A stretch of 64,000 nucleotides of DNA from Flavobacteriales bacterium (GTDB lineage Bacteria; Bacteroidota; Bacteroidia; JANQJC01): the NCBI GenBank assembly GCA_028281825.1, contig JANQJC010000078.1:1602-65601 (forward strand), written 5' to 3'. Shown here piece by piece: positions 54,339 to 64,000 of this stretch. The notes beneath the pieces are model-generated. The model searched no databases. It was not told the DNA's origin and saw nothing but the letters and a program-made list of their open reading frames with translations. Each line of letters begins with the position of its first letter. The stretch's first letter is position 1. The translations under genes were made by a program, and so were the position numbers.

Positions 54339-56126
54339 ATGAAGAACATCCGTAACTTTTGCATCATTGCTCATATTGACCATGGGAAAAGCACCCTGGC
54401 CGACCGCTTGCTAGAGTTCACGGGAACCGTGAGTGGTAAAGAGCTTCAAGCTCAGGTTTTGGATGATATGGACCTGGAGCGCGAGCGTGGAATTACCATT
54501 AAAAGCCATGCTATACAAATGAACTATGAGTTTGAGGGTGAACAATATACCCTTAACTTGATAGACACTCCTGGGCATGTAGATTTTTCTTACGAAGTTT
54601 CTCGCTCCATTGCCGCATGCGAAGGTGCCCTATTGATAGTAGATGCAGCTCAGGGTATTCAGGCGCAAACCATCTCTAACCTTTATCTGGCCATTGAACA
54701 CGACCTGGAAATCATTCCAGTGATGAACAAAATTGATTTGCCAAGCGCGATGCCAGAAGAAGTGGCCGACCAGATTATTGACTTGATTGGGTGCAACAGG
54801 GAAGATATCTTGAGTGCCAGTGGCAAAACTGGTCAAGGTGTTGATGATATCCTGGAGGCAATTGTAAAAAGGGTTAACCCTCCAAAAGGGGACCCTGAAG
54901 CGCCACTGCAAGCCTTGATTTTCGACTCCGTTTTTAACCCTTTTAGAGGCATTATTGCCTACTTCAAGGTGGTAAATGGGCAAATGAAGAAAGGCGATAA
55001 GGTAAAATTTGTCAATACCAAAAAAGAATACCTGGCTGACGAAATTGGTGTATTAAGGCTGAAACCTGAACCACGTAACTTGATTAGTGCAGGTAACGTT
55101 GGATATATTATCTCGGGCATAAAAGAAGCCCGAGAGGTTAAAGTAGGTGATACCATTACCCATATAGACCGCCCATGCCCATCGGCTATCAAAGGTTTTG
55201 AGGACGTAAAGCCAATGGTGTTTGCTGGCATCTATCCAGTTGAAACAGATGATTACGAGGAATTGCGCGCCTCAATGGAAAAACTACAACTTAATGATGC
55301 CTCACTAACCTATGAGCCTGAATCGTCGGCTGCATTGGGCTTTGGATTCCGTTGTGGCTTCTTGGGTATGCTGCACATGGAGATTATCCAGGAAAGGTTG
55401 GACCGCGAATTTGATATGACGGTAATCACTACCGTGCCCAACGTATCCTACAAAGCATATACTTCCAAAGGGGAACAACTCACAGTAAATAATCCTTCAG
55501 ACCTGCCCGACCCTAACTATCTTGATCGTGTCGAAGAACCTTATATCTCTGCCTCAATCATCACCAAATCAGAATATACGGGTGCAATCATGTCTTTGTG
55601 TATTGAAAAAAGGGGGGTGTTAAAAAATCAGGTTTATCTGACTTCGGATAGGGTTGAGTTAAGCTTTGAAATGCCCTTGGGTGAAATCGTCTTTGATTTT
55701 TATGATAAACTCAAATCCGTGTCACGTGGCTATGCCTCCTTTGATTATCATCCGCTAGATTACAGGGCTTCAACTCTTGTGAAACTGGATATTCTACTTA
55801 ATGGTGAGCAAGTGGATGCCCTTTCTGCATTGATACATAGGGATAACGCTTACAATTTCGGGAAAAAGATTTGTGAAAAACTCAAAGAATTAATCCCTAA
55901 GCAGCAATTCCAAATTGCCATACAAGCTGCCATTGGGGCTAAGATTGTCGCACGAGAAACCATTTCTGCACTACGTAAAGATGTTACTGCTAAGTGTTAT
56001 GGCGGAGATATCACCCGTAAACGTAAACTACTAGAGAAGCAGAAAAAAGGTAAAAAGAGAATGCGCCAGGTGGGTAATGTGGAAGTACCGCAATCCGCAT
56101 TCCTTGCAGTATTGAAACTAGATTAG
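54339..56126 (+). CDS. lepA: Translation elongation factor 4
   Basis: [36 protein letters not shown] and [11 protein letters not shown] motifs. Confidence 0.99.
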   Translation: MKNIRNFCIIAHIDHGKSTLADRLLEFTGTVSGKELQAQVLDDMDLERERGITIKSHAIQMNYEFEGEQYTLNLIDTPGHVDFSYEVSRSIAACEGALLIVDAAQGIQAQTISNLYLAIEHDLEIIPVMNKIDLPSAMPEEVADQIIDLIGCNREDILSASGKTGQGVDDILEAIVKRVNPPKGDPEAPLQALIFDSVFNPFRGIIAYFKVVNGQMKKGDKVKFVNTKKEYLADEIGVLRLKPEPRNLISAGNVGYIISGIKEAREVKVGDTITHIDRPCPSAIKGFEDVKPMVFAGIYPVETDDYEELRASMEKLQLNDASLTYEPESSAALGFGFRCGFLGMLHMEIIQERLDREFDMTVITTVPNVSYKAYTSKGEQLTVNNPSDLPDPNYLDRVEEPYISASIITKSEYTGAIMSLCIEKRGVLKNQVYLTSDRVELSFEMPLGEIVFDFYDKLKSVSRGYASFDYHPLDYRASTLVKLDILLNGEQVDALSALIHRDNAYNFGKKICEKLKELIPKQQFQIAIQAAIGAKIVARETISALRKDVTAKCYGGDITRKRKLLEKQKKGKKRMRQVGNVEVPQSAFLAVLKLD

Positions 56127-56196
56127 TTGCTTTACTCCGTTCAATTAATTGATTTTTTCATTTAGTTTCGCTTCAAATGATTAAATAGTCATTTGA

Positions 56197-57945
56197 GTGA
56201 AAAATCAAAAGTTATATTCCGCCAATTGGCATTTGCATTTAGGCCTACTGACAATATATGGACTTTTGTTCTACATGGTTTATACTATCATCACTACTAT
56301 CAACCATGGCTTTGATTTTACTGATGAAGGGTATTACCTATTGTCCATCCAAAACAACTACAACCCGGCCTATGCCTTGCCGCAATGGTATATCATATTT
56401 AGAAACATATTCGGATTCCTTGGGTTGGACATCATAACCGTAAGGTGGATACGTCTGGTGCTTACAATTGCCACCAGCCTTATTTTCTCTTCTTCCCTGT
56501 GGTTTATATATAGGCAGCTGAACCACAAGAAGGCTACTCCATTGAACTTCTTATTGACTGCTGGCTTAGTGACAATAGGCTCATTAATGTGCTACTGCTG
56601 GCTGCCACAAAGCCCATCCTATAACGACTTGACTCAGTATATTGTATTCACTTCTATTTCTTTCAGCATTGCAAGCACATTTTCAAAGCCCCCTTTCAAA
56701 CATCCTTTTGTCCCTATCATATTAGCTTTTGTGGCTGGCTTTATTGCTTCGGTAGTATCTATTACCAAACTAAGTGTTACTCCCATGTTGTTCGTGATTT
56801 TGATAGTAATAGTACTAGTGTTTGCGTATCTTAACAGAATAGCGAAAAGCAGAAAATGGATGATTATTTGTGGGTTGTTGTGCGGAATGGGCTTTTCAAC
56901 ATCTTTAATTCTCATCTATCCGCAGACAAGGCAATTCTTTACTAACCTTCCGATGACTTTGATGTTTTATCAAAACATCTCTTCAGGCTATGATTCACAA
57001 TCTCTGATGCAGGGCATGTATATAGCATTAGAAAGTGCTGCACATATGCTCCTTCTCGCAACCGTTAGTTTTTTTATTTATTTTATTCTTAACCGCTTGA
57101 TTAAGAAATGGATTAGTGATCATCTATTAGTAGGAGCCACGTCTATATTTCTTTTAACACTTATCTTTTACATAATAATCACGGGGCATATTCCAACTGG
57201 ACGCATTAACCTGATTTTACCAATTGCCTTCATTAGTTTCTTTGCAATGGTATCAATTATTAAAGCAAATTGGAAGCAGAATAAATTAATTATTATAGGG
57301 TTTTCTTTATTTCTAATTCTGGCTCCCCTGCTATTTACTTTTGGCACAAATAGAATGCTGATGATGGCGGCATTCAGCTATTTAGGATTTTGGTTTTTTC
57401 CCGTTGGACTATTCTCACATCAATTCTCAAAAAGCAGTTACTTGGTTGTTTTGGCTTTTTTGCTACTTGCATCACTTACCCGTTTTAATGAAGCATATAC
57501 CAATTACGCCTACAGACAACCCCCTAGAGAAAAGCAAAACACCTTATTCGCCTATAGAAATAGCAGCATTCAAATAGACGAAGCCAGAGCCGCTTATTTA
57601 TCCAGATTAAGAACCTCACTTGGCAAGGCTGGTTTCAAAAAAGGTGATTACATTCTTGGGTTTTATAAAATTCCAGGCATCGTTTATCTAATGGAAGGCC
57701 AAGCATTAGGAGGTTTCATATGGGATAACAAGTTAGACCGTATCTTCTGTGCCAATGTATCTGCTGAAGACATTAATCCTCAAAAAGGCCTCTTCATTAT
57801 CCAGATTGAACCCCCAAGTGATGAAACAAAGTATTGGCTAAAAAAGGAGGGAATTAACTTAGACTTTTTTCAAATTACGGACAGTATTCAAACACCCCCT
57901 GAAGCCCAATTCAAAAATAAATGGACTTATATCTATCGTCAATAG
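56197..57945 (+). CDS. Multi-pass membrane protein, GT-C-like
   Basis: GFDFTDEGYYLL first-loop DE motif, about 13 TM, soluble C-terminal domain. Confidence 0.7.
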   Translation: MKNQKLYSANWHLHLGLLTIYGLLFYMVYTIITTINHGFDFTDEGYYLLSIQNNYNPAYALPQWYIIFRNIFGFLGLDIITVRWIRLVLTIATSLIFSSSLWFIYRQLNHKKATPLNFLLTAGLVTIGSLMCYCWLPQSPSYNDLTQYIVFTSISFSIASTFSKPPFKHPFVPIILAFVAGFIASVVSITKLSVTPMLFVILIVIVLVFAYLNRIAKSRKWMIICGLLCGMGFSTSLILIYPQTRQFFTNLPMTLMFYQNISSGYDSQSLMQGMYIALESAAHMLLLATVSFFIYFILNRLIKKWISDHLLVGATSIFLLTLIFYIIITGHIPTGRINLILPIAFISFFAMVSIIKANWKQNKLIIIGFSLFLILAPLLFTFGTNRMLMMAAFSYLGFWFFPVGLFSHQFSKSSYLVVLAFLLLASLTRFNEAYTNYAYRQPPREKQNTLFAYRNSSIQIDEARAAYLSRLRTSLGKAGFKKGDYILGFYKIPGIVYLMEGQALGGFIWDNKLDRIFCANVSAEDINPQKGLFIIQIEPPSDETKYWLKKEGINLDFFQITDSIQTPPEAQFKNKWTYIYRQ

Positions 57946-57948
57946 ATT

Positions 57949-58668
57949 TTACTTAGAGAAAATATTGTACTTGATGATACAATAGATAGCCCTGAAACCA
58001 TCTTTCCAGTTTATTTTCTTCCCTTCGGCATAGGTGCGGCCATAATATGAAATCCCGACTTCGTATACCCTAACTTTAGGTATTCTCGACATCTTGGCAG
58101 TAACCTCTGGTTCAAAGCCGAAACGGTTCTCTTTCAAGTCTAAAGATTTCAACATTTTGGCATCAAACAATTTGTAGCAAGTCTCCATATCTGTTAAATT
58201 CAGATTGGTGTACATGTTTGATAAAAACGTCAAGAACTTATTACCAATGGAGTGCCAGAAGAACAATATCCTATGGGGGTTACCACCCATAAAACGCGAA
58301 CCATAAACTACATCGGCAAAACCTTCAACAATCGGTTTTAACAACAAATTATACTCGCGAGGGTCATATTCCAAATCTGCGTCCTGAATAATGATATAAT
58401 CACCAGTAGCTAACTCTATACCCTTATGCAAAGCAGCTCCCTTACCCATGTTTACTGGCTGACTGAAAAGGCTCATATTCATATCTGGGTTTTGGCCCAT
58501 GTAGCCTTGTACAACATCCACCGTGTTATCACTTGAGCAGTCATTCACCACAATTACTTCCTTCTCAAAACCATTGATGAGTTGAACTTCCTTGATTTTA
58601 TCAAAAATACGGGTGATGGTCTTGCCTTCATTATAGGCTGGAATTACTATAGATAGCTTATTGCTCAC
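57949..58668 (-). CDS. GT2 glycosyltransferase (polyprenol-phosphate sugar synthase, DPM1-like); start refined to GTG 58668
   Basis: [31 protein letters not shown] and RFGFEPE motifs. Confidence 0.9.
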   Translation of the reverse strand: MSNKLSIVIPAYNEGKTITRIFDKIKEVQLINGFEKEVIVVNDCSSDNTVDVVQGYMGQNPDMNMSLFSQPVNMGKGAALHKGIELATGDYIIIQDADLEYDPREYNLLLKPIVEGFADVVYGSRFMGGNPHRILFFWHSIGNKFLTFLSNMYTNLNLTDMETCYKLFDAKMLKSLDLKENRFGFEPEVTAKMSRIPKVRVYEVGISYYGRTYAEGKKINWKDGFRAIYCIIKYNIFSK

Positions 58669-59602
58669 TTTCTTCTTTTCTAATATTTGTTTCTCCAATA
58701 ATGTATAGAGGCCTTTGTCTCACATTGGCACTCATACGGCTAATGTATTCACCAATAATACCAATACTTATTAACTGAATGCCACCCAAAAATAGCACAG
58801 CCAGCATTAGTGATGTCCAGCCAGGCACATAATCTTTAATGATATATCTTGAGTATAACGCATAGAGTATCATCACAAATGCCACTCCACTCACCACAAA
58901 ACCAGAAAAAGTCGCAAACTTGAGTGGAAAATCAGAAAAGGAAGTAATACCGTCTAAGGCCAGCTTTAGCATCTTTCGAATGGTGTATCCCGTTTCACCG
59001 GCTTTACGCTCTTCCCTGTCGTAGGTAATATAAGTTTGGTTAAACCCCGCCCAGGCTATCTGCCCTCTCAAGAATTTCTGTTGCTCAGGCATTTGTTTTA
59101 ACACGTCAACCACCTTTCTATCTATTATTCTAAAGTCTCCAGTATCCACTGGAATGTTAATAGAAGTAATGCGTGAAATAATACGGTAGAAATACTTGGC
59201 AGTAAGGGTCTTAAACATCGTCTCCCCTGCCCTTTTTGACCTTTGGGCATATACAACCTCAAAACCCCTTTTGTATTTTTCGTACATCTCTATTATCAAT
59301 TCGGGAGGGTCCTGTAAGTCGGCATCAATAATCACAATGGCATCACCATAGCAATGGTCCAGCCCTGCACTCACCGCTATTTGATGCCCAAAGTTCCTTG
59401 AAAAATTGATGTACTTGATGAAAGGATACTGCTCTGAATAATCCTTTATAAGTCTGAGTGAGTTATCCTTACTTCCATCGTTAATGAAAATAAACTCATA
59501 ACTGAGGTTCATGGAATCAACCACCCCCTTTAGTCGCTCTACAAGTGCAGGGATATTCCCCTCTTCATTGTAAATGGGTATGATTACAGATAACTTAGGC
59601 AT
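58658..59602 (-). CDS. GT2 glycosyltransferase, GtrB/ArnC-like with two C-terminal TM
   Basis: [30 protein letters not shown] and IGEYISR motifs. Confidence 0.92.
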   Translation of the reverse strand: MPKLSVIIPIYNEEGNIPALVERLKGVVDSMNLSYEFIFINDGSKDNSLRLIKDYSEQYPFIKYINFSRNFGHQIAVSAGLDHCYGDAIVIIDADLQDPPELIIEMYEKYKRGFEVVYAQRSKRAGETMFKTLTAKYFYRIISRITSINIPVDTGDFRIIDRKVVDVLKQMPEQQKFLRGQIAWAGFNQTYITYDREERKAGETGYTIRKMLKLALDGITSFSDFPLKFATFSGFVVSGVAFVMILYALYSRYIIKDYVPGWTSLMLAVLFLGGIQLISIGIIGEYISRMSANVRQRPLYIIGETNIRKEESEQ

Positions 59603-59676
59603 TGTGGTTGATTGAATCGAATGTAAAAATAGAAAAGATGGGGGATGTTATTTCATTAACGCCCAAGTTTTAACGC

Positions 59677-62010
59677 TTATGGCAACGTAATAGGCAATAA
59701 AATGTTGTTTTTTATCACATATTGTTTCCCTTCTTTTTCCAACAATTGATAAACATCTCCATCTATCGGGCGTATCATAAACTCATCCAAGTAAATCTTC
59801 ATGTTCTCCTTTTCAAAAGATTTCATCAGGAATTTTATCAATCTATCATTCGTGGGAGCTTTGAATTTAATTTCCACGTAAGACCAATCACCATCAATCA
59901 CTTTTGATGTTCTTGGGTCCGCTACATCTGGCCATTGGCAATTGTTTCCGTCACCGTCACACTCCTCTCTCACTATACCAATTTGGTTTCTCAACTCACC
60001 TTTGTTGTAGTGCCAAAAACTTGCGACATAGTCCCTACCGGGAGTAAGTTCATAGCGCCCTTTTTCAAGTATGGTTGTGAAATCAAGCCTATTACCTTCC
60101 AAAGCCCCACCAAAGCGATAGGCAATACTATCCTGTCTTTCGCTAAATGATTGGTATATAACGGTATCGATGTTCTTGCTCACCAGGAAACCATTTACTG
60201 CCTTCAAACTGTCCCTTATTGCTACAAACTCATCAACTAAAAGTTGCGCATTTGAACCAAACACAGCATTGTAGTCTAGTTTTGCTACTATAAACTTTCC
60301 ATTCTCAAACACTTTCTCTGCCATTTGCATGTAATAGTTCTCCATTTCATCCAAATACTGTTTGCCATGCAATATCATAAAAGGTTTGTCACTTGGCAGG
60401 TCATTTTCTATTTCCTTTTTAAAATAGGGGGGACTAAAAAACTGCATTAATCTCTTGCCTTCAATTATGGGGGTTCGCGCTGCCGAGTTGCCCATACTAG
60501 GCAAATTGGTATGGTGTGCTATTAGCATCCCGTCTTGAAGCATCTCGTGGTTGCTAGGCCCAAAATTTTCTGTGCCTATATGGTAAAATGGCAAGGGCAA
60601 AATGCACTGATAGTCTTGTTTATTGACATTAATAAAGTCAATGACCTGCTTATAATCATCAGGCAATTGATTATAGTCAAACCAATTGTCTGATTGGGTC
60701 ACCCTTGCGGATGTTCCTTCATGATACGTCCACGATTCGAGTATAAAAAAGCAGGGCACGATGATTGCTAGCGTGTATGCAGTGCGTTTCAATCCCTTCT
60801 TGAATAGCAATCGCATGCATATCCACAGGTAGTAAAAAGTAAAGACGGTGATTACATAATAGAAAGCCCATGCAAATCGACCCAAGCTTCTAAACTGCCT
60901 TAAAAAGCCGAACACATCTGTTACCAGAAAATCTAAGCCCCATTTAAAAGGAATACACATAGAATAAAGCAGCACTATTACTGCAGACAATAACGATACC
61001 CTTAAAATATTCGGTGTGGCTGGTAGTAGTCTCTTAACTGACCTGCGTTTTACTATTCCAGCCAAAACTCTCCAAAAGACAAAAATCATTACCAATCCCG
61101 CAGGTATGCCAACGTAACTCCATGCTTCCCAAGGTTGCTTTAATTCTCCCCACCAAAACTCAAATATACTTTTGAACGGGACATGAGTCGGAAGAAAGAC
61201 CGAATCGAAAGTAGCATAAAACCACCAAAAACCCCAAGGGTATTCAGACCTTGCGGGGTGTGTATCCACTATAAATGCATACACCCTTGTGAAGGCTAGT
61301 GCTATGATTATTTGTAGCGAAAAATGAATGAGGTTTTTTATCCATTGTTTCTTACCGTTAGCTATAAACTTGAACAACCAACAGCATAAAAGAAATAAGG
61401 CATTGAGCAGAATAAAATAAGGATGAATAAAGAAGGAAATAATGTTTGTCAACCCAATTAATGATGAAAACAGCCATTTTCTATTCCCTGATTCAAATTG
61501 GATATAAAACCACCAGGTCATCGGGAAAACAACCATATAGGCCAGGGTAGGATGCCCTCCCAAGCGATGAATTTGTGGAGATAGCATCATCACGCATATA
61601 CCACCTATTGTGCTTAACCAAACAGGCAAAGAGAAATATCTAAGTATTAGAAATACAAAGACTACACAAAAAGCAAAAGACAGCATCATTAATAAGTTGT
61701 ATATAGCAACTGAATGTTTGCCAAACACAGGATGTATACCATTCAGTAGCTTTACAGTATTGGCCAAAGCTGTCTGCCCGTCGGTATATGCATGAACCTG
61801 CCCATAAGGGTAATTCATATTTTCGAAGTGGTGATAGGTGCTATCATTTATCACATGTCCCACATAACAAGCGAAACTCTTGATACCGTCTGCACTATCA
61901 GACATCAGCACCCCATTAGGGTGTTGTAGCACTCTTCCATAAAAATAGAACAGCACTGCCATCGCCAGTAAAAAAGTAATCGATATGCCTGATAACTCAA
62001 GGCGTTTCAT
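59677..62010 (-). CDS. Multi-pass membrane protein (GT-C/YfhO-like) with large periplasmic C-terminal domain
   Basis: SADG first-loop motif, about 11 TM, QFRSLGRF motif, beta-rich C-terminus. Confidence 0.65.
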   Translation of the reverse strand: MKRLELSGISITFLLAMAVLFYFYGRVLQHPNGVLMSDSADGIKSFACYVGHVINDSTYHHFENMNYPYGQVHAYTDGQTALANTVKLLNGIHPVFGKHSVAIYNLLMMLSFAFCVVFVFLILRYFSLPVWLSTIGGICVMMLSPQIHRLGGHPTLAYMVVFPMTWWFYIQFESGNRKWLFSSLIGLTNIISFFIHPYFILLNALFLLCCWLFKFIANGKKQWIKNLIHFSLQIIIALAFTRVYAFIVDTHPARSEYPWGFWWFYATFDSVFLPTHVPFKSIFEFWWGELKQPWEAWSYVGIPAGLVMIFVFWRVLAGIVKRRSVKRLLPATPNILRVSLLSAVIVLLYSMCIPFKWGLDFLVTDVFGFLRQFRSLGRFAWAFYYVITVFTFYYLWICMRLLFKKGLKRTAYTLAIIVPCFFILESWTYHEGTSARVTQSDNWFDYNQLPDDYKQVIDFINVNKQDYQCILPLPFYHIGTENFGPSNHEMLQDGMLIAHHTNLPSMGNSAARTPIIEGKRLMQFFSPPYFKKEIENDLPSDKPFMILHGKQYLDEMENYYMQMAEKVFENGKFIVAKLDYNAVFGSNAQLLVDEFVAIRDSLKAVNGFLVSKNIDTVIYQSFSERQDSIAYRFGGALEGNRLDFTTILEKGRYELTPGRDYVASFWHYNKGELRNQIGIVREECDGDGNNCQWPDVADPRTSKVIDGDWSYVEIKFKAPTNDRLIKFLMKSFEKENMKIYLDEFMIRPIDGDVYQLLEKEGKQYVIKNNILLPITLP

Positions 62011-64000
62011 TTCCTAGTTTCTTTTTTGTTGGGAAATCTTCCCTCACATATGTCAGCAATGTAATCTCTATATCGTCCTGGTACACCCTCCCTTCGGCAC
62101 CCCCCAATAGGTATACGGCTATTTCATCTCCCACTTTCACTTCTACACTTTCAAGGTCGTCAAAACTTACATTCCAGGTAGTCCATTCGTTGGGCTTGTC
62201 AAAGATATAGCCTATCCATTTTCCTCCCCAATATATCGTTTCCCCATTTCTCCCTATAGAAAGTACATACGATATATTAGGCTCAACTATTTCGCTTTTG
62301 AGCTTTGCCTTAATCCTCGCAGCAAATATACCATTCACATAGGTGCTGTCTGCTGTTTTTCTTAAAGTATAGCCGTATTCCTTGCCTGGCCCAACCCAAT
62401 CCACTTTAGGGCCAACTGGTGCAGTCTCATCTATCAATGCATCTTCCTCGCTTTCAAAATCAACCCTTTCGATATGTGCTACATTCTGAACGTGCAAGCT
62501 ATCAAGTGTTTTATATATCCAGAGAAAGGCACCCGAAGGTGTTTCCAACTTCTTCACTAATTCTGAACTTATCGCTGGCTCCAATTTCTTCTTTGCCCGG
62601 TAATCAGCTAAGTAATACATCCCTTTTTTGTGAAGGCCCTGTAGGTATATCAATCTTTCGGCTTCATTTCCTTTCAGTATATGGTGATTATCATATCCTG
62701 GTGGATGCTCCACCATTAATGCTATATCTCCCGTTTCATTCTCAAGTACATATTCTAACCCCTGTCTGTAGCCAAGCCCCCAATAGTCCATCTCAAAATT
62801 CTCTTCCACCGGAGTAAAAAATGTGGTGGCAATAGCGTTGAAATAAACGAATTGATAGGGGTGGTGACTAATAGTGCTATAACTCGACCCACCAAAGATT
62901 AAAAGGAAAAATATTGCTAAAGTTGGCTTAGTATTCTTTTCACTTATAAGCCCTTCTATCCAATCCCATAGCACCTTTCCTCCTGCGGTGCCTATCAAAA
63001 CAAAAAAAGCGTATAGAAAATACATATGCCGCCAGCCGTCATAAACAGAAGGCCTTTTGATGATGATGATAGATAATAAACCTACCATACACACAAAACT
63101 TAAGAACAGGAAGCCATATTCTTGATGAGTCTTTCTATTGAAAGAAAAAGCTTTAATCAATATCAGCACCAAACCAATACCTGCAATGAGTTGAAAGGCA
63201 ATAGGTATAGTAACCAACATCCATCCAAGAATGTAATGCCTGGGTATTTCATCAAACCTAAATATCTCACCCCAGTACTTGATATCACCCGTCCAGAAAA
63301 AGTATCCCTCCACTCCTTCAGCTCGGTTAAGTTCCTTTAATGCACTCATCATGTGATGCATTGGGCCATCCCACATGATAGGCCAAAAAGCAATGATGCT
63401 ACCAATTTGTAGCACTACATAAGCCCCTAACACACTTGTTAATCTTAAGAGTGATAGCCTTTTATCACTAATGAAACTGTTGTACAACACAAACCCAATT
63501 GTGGCCACTGGCATAAAAAGCCCCATTATTCTCACATCAACTAAATAGCCGGTTACAATGGCATGAAGTAGGGCCCATTTCAGGTTGGGTTTGTTGGTAA
63601 AACGATAAAGCGTGTAAAGTGATATGACGAGAACTGAAAGAAAGATAATGTCTTTGCAGTTATAGTGAGCTTCTGCAAAAAACCTTGGAAAAAGACCGTA
63701 AACAAGCGAGGCAAAAAGACCCCATTTGTCATCCTTAAAAACTCCGCGAGCCAGAAAAAACATAGCTACAAGCGACAAAAAGAAAACGAGGAAGTTAACC
63801 GTATGCCTAGCCAGATAAATCTGTCTTTTGTCGGTTAACCCCAGGGCTTTTTCAATAAACACCAAGGTTACTTCAAAGGCTGGTCCATGATACTTTTCGT
63901 TGCCTGTTCTCAGCAGGTCTTTATCCTGCCCGGTGATGAAAAAGTAATTGTAATAGCCATTATTATAGCGCTGGGCTTCTTCATCATAAGAAATGCCATA
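61997..64000 (-). CDS. GT-C (PMT/GT39-like) membrane glycosyltransferase, 5'-truncated by the window edge
   Basis: The frame is open to 64000 (YGISYDEEAQR...YHGPAFE); HYNCKD, YDGWRH and DYWGL motifs; beta-rich C-terminal domain. Confidence 0.75.
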   Translation of the reverse strand, partial: YGISYDEEAQRYNNGYYNYFFITGQDKDLLRTGNEKYHGPAFEVTLVFIEKALGLTDKRQIYLARHTVNFLVFFLSLVAMFFLARGVFKDDKWGLFASLVYGLFPRFFAEAHYNCKDIIFLSVLVISLYTLYRFTNKPNLKWALLHAIVTGYLVDVRIMGLFMPVATIGFVLYNSFISDKRLSLLRLTSVLGAYVVLQIGSIIAFWPIMWDGPMHHMMSALKELNRAEGVEGYFFWTGDIKYWGEIFRFDEIPRHYILGWMLVTIPIAFQLIAGIGLVLILIKAFSFNRKTHQEYGFLFLSFVCMVGLLSIIIIKRPSVYDGWRHMYFLYAFFVLIGTAGGKVLWDWIEGLISEKNTKPTLAIFFLLIFGGSSYSTISHHPYQFVYFNAIATTFFTPVEENFEMDYWGLGYRQGLEYVLENETGDIALMVEHPPGYDNHHILKGNEAERLIYLQGLHKKGMYYLADYRAKKKLEPAISSELVKKLETPSGAFLWIYKTLDSLHVQNVAHIERVDFESEEDALIDETAPVGPKVDWVGPGKEYGYTLRKTADSTYVNGIFAARIKAKLKSEIVEPNISYVLSIGRNGETIYWGGKWIGYIFDKPNEWTTWNVSFDDLESVEVKVGDEIAVYLLGGAEGRVYQDDIEITLLTYVREDFPTKKKLGNETP

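Noticed and set aside
191-63340. Numerous 60-190-aa ORFs antisense or out of frame within annotated genes (e.g. 3631..4203, 8707..9147, 12324..12794, 16255..16779)
   Set aside because: They are fully nested in well-supported genes and have no motifs; typical shadow ORFs.

Overview
Chromosomal window from a Bacteroidota genome, most likely a Flavobacteriales-type organism. This is inferred from TAnnTTTG/TTTG sigma-A promoters, T9SS C-terminal sorting domains and multiple SpoIIE/PP2C sensors. Most of it is housekeeping and envelope genes: phnW (5'-truncated), a PHP phosphatase, an M23 peptidase, polyprenyl synthase, rfbA, MMPL, alpha-2-macroglobulin, ybdL/yafV-type aminotransferase and amidase, yebC, thiolase, hflX, lepA, two GT2 enzymes and five GT-C-like membrane proteins. 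I saw no CRISPR array, transposase, integrase or rRNA. The most striking feature is non-coding. Divergent from an Lrp/AsnC regulator, a consensus promoter drives a 65-nt rod hairpin and a 132-nt tRNA-Asp(GUC)-like RNA, closed by an intrinsic terminator (23858-24193). That RNA has a hairpin inserted in the D-loop, a 48-nt branched variable arm and a pyrimidine at position 37. Other notable items are a duplicated ~150-bp inverted-repeat-bounded upstream element in front of two diverged small secreted paralogs, two 176-bp structured repeats with compensatory changes, a zeta-toxin-like two-gene module and a lipoprotein pseudogene missed by the ORF track. No database searches were run, so family names come from motif recognition and novelty is unverified.
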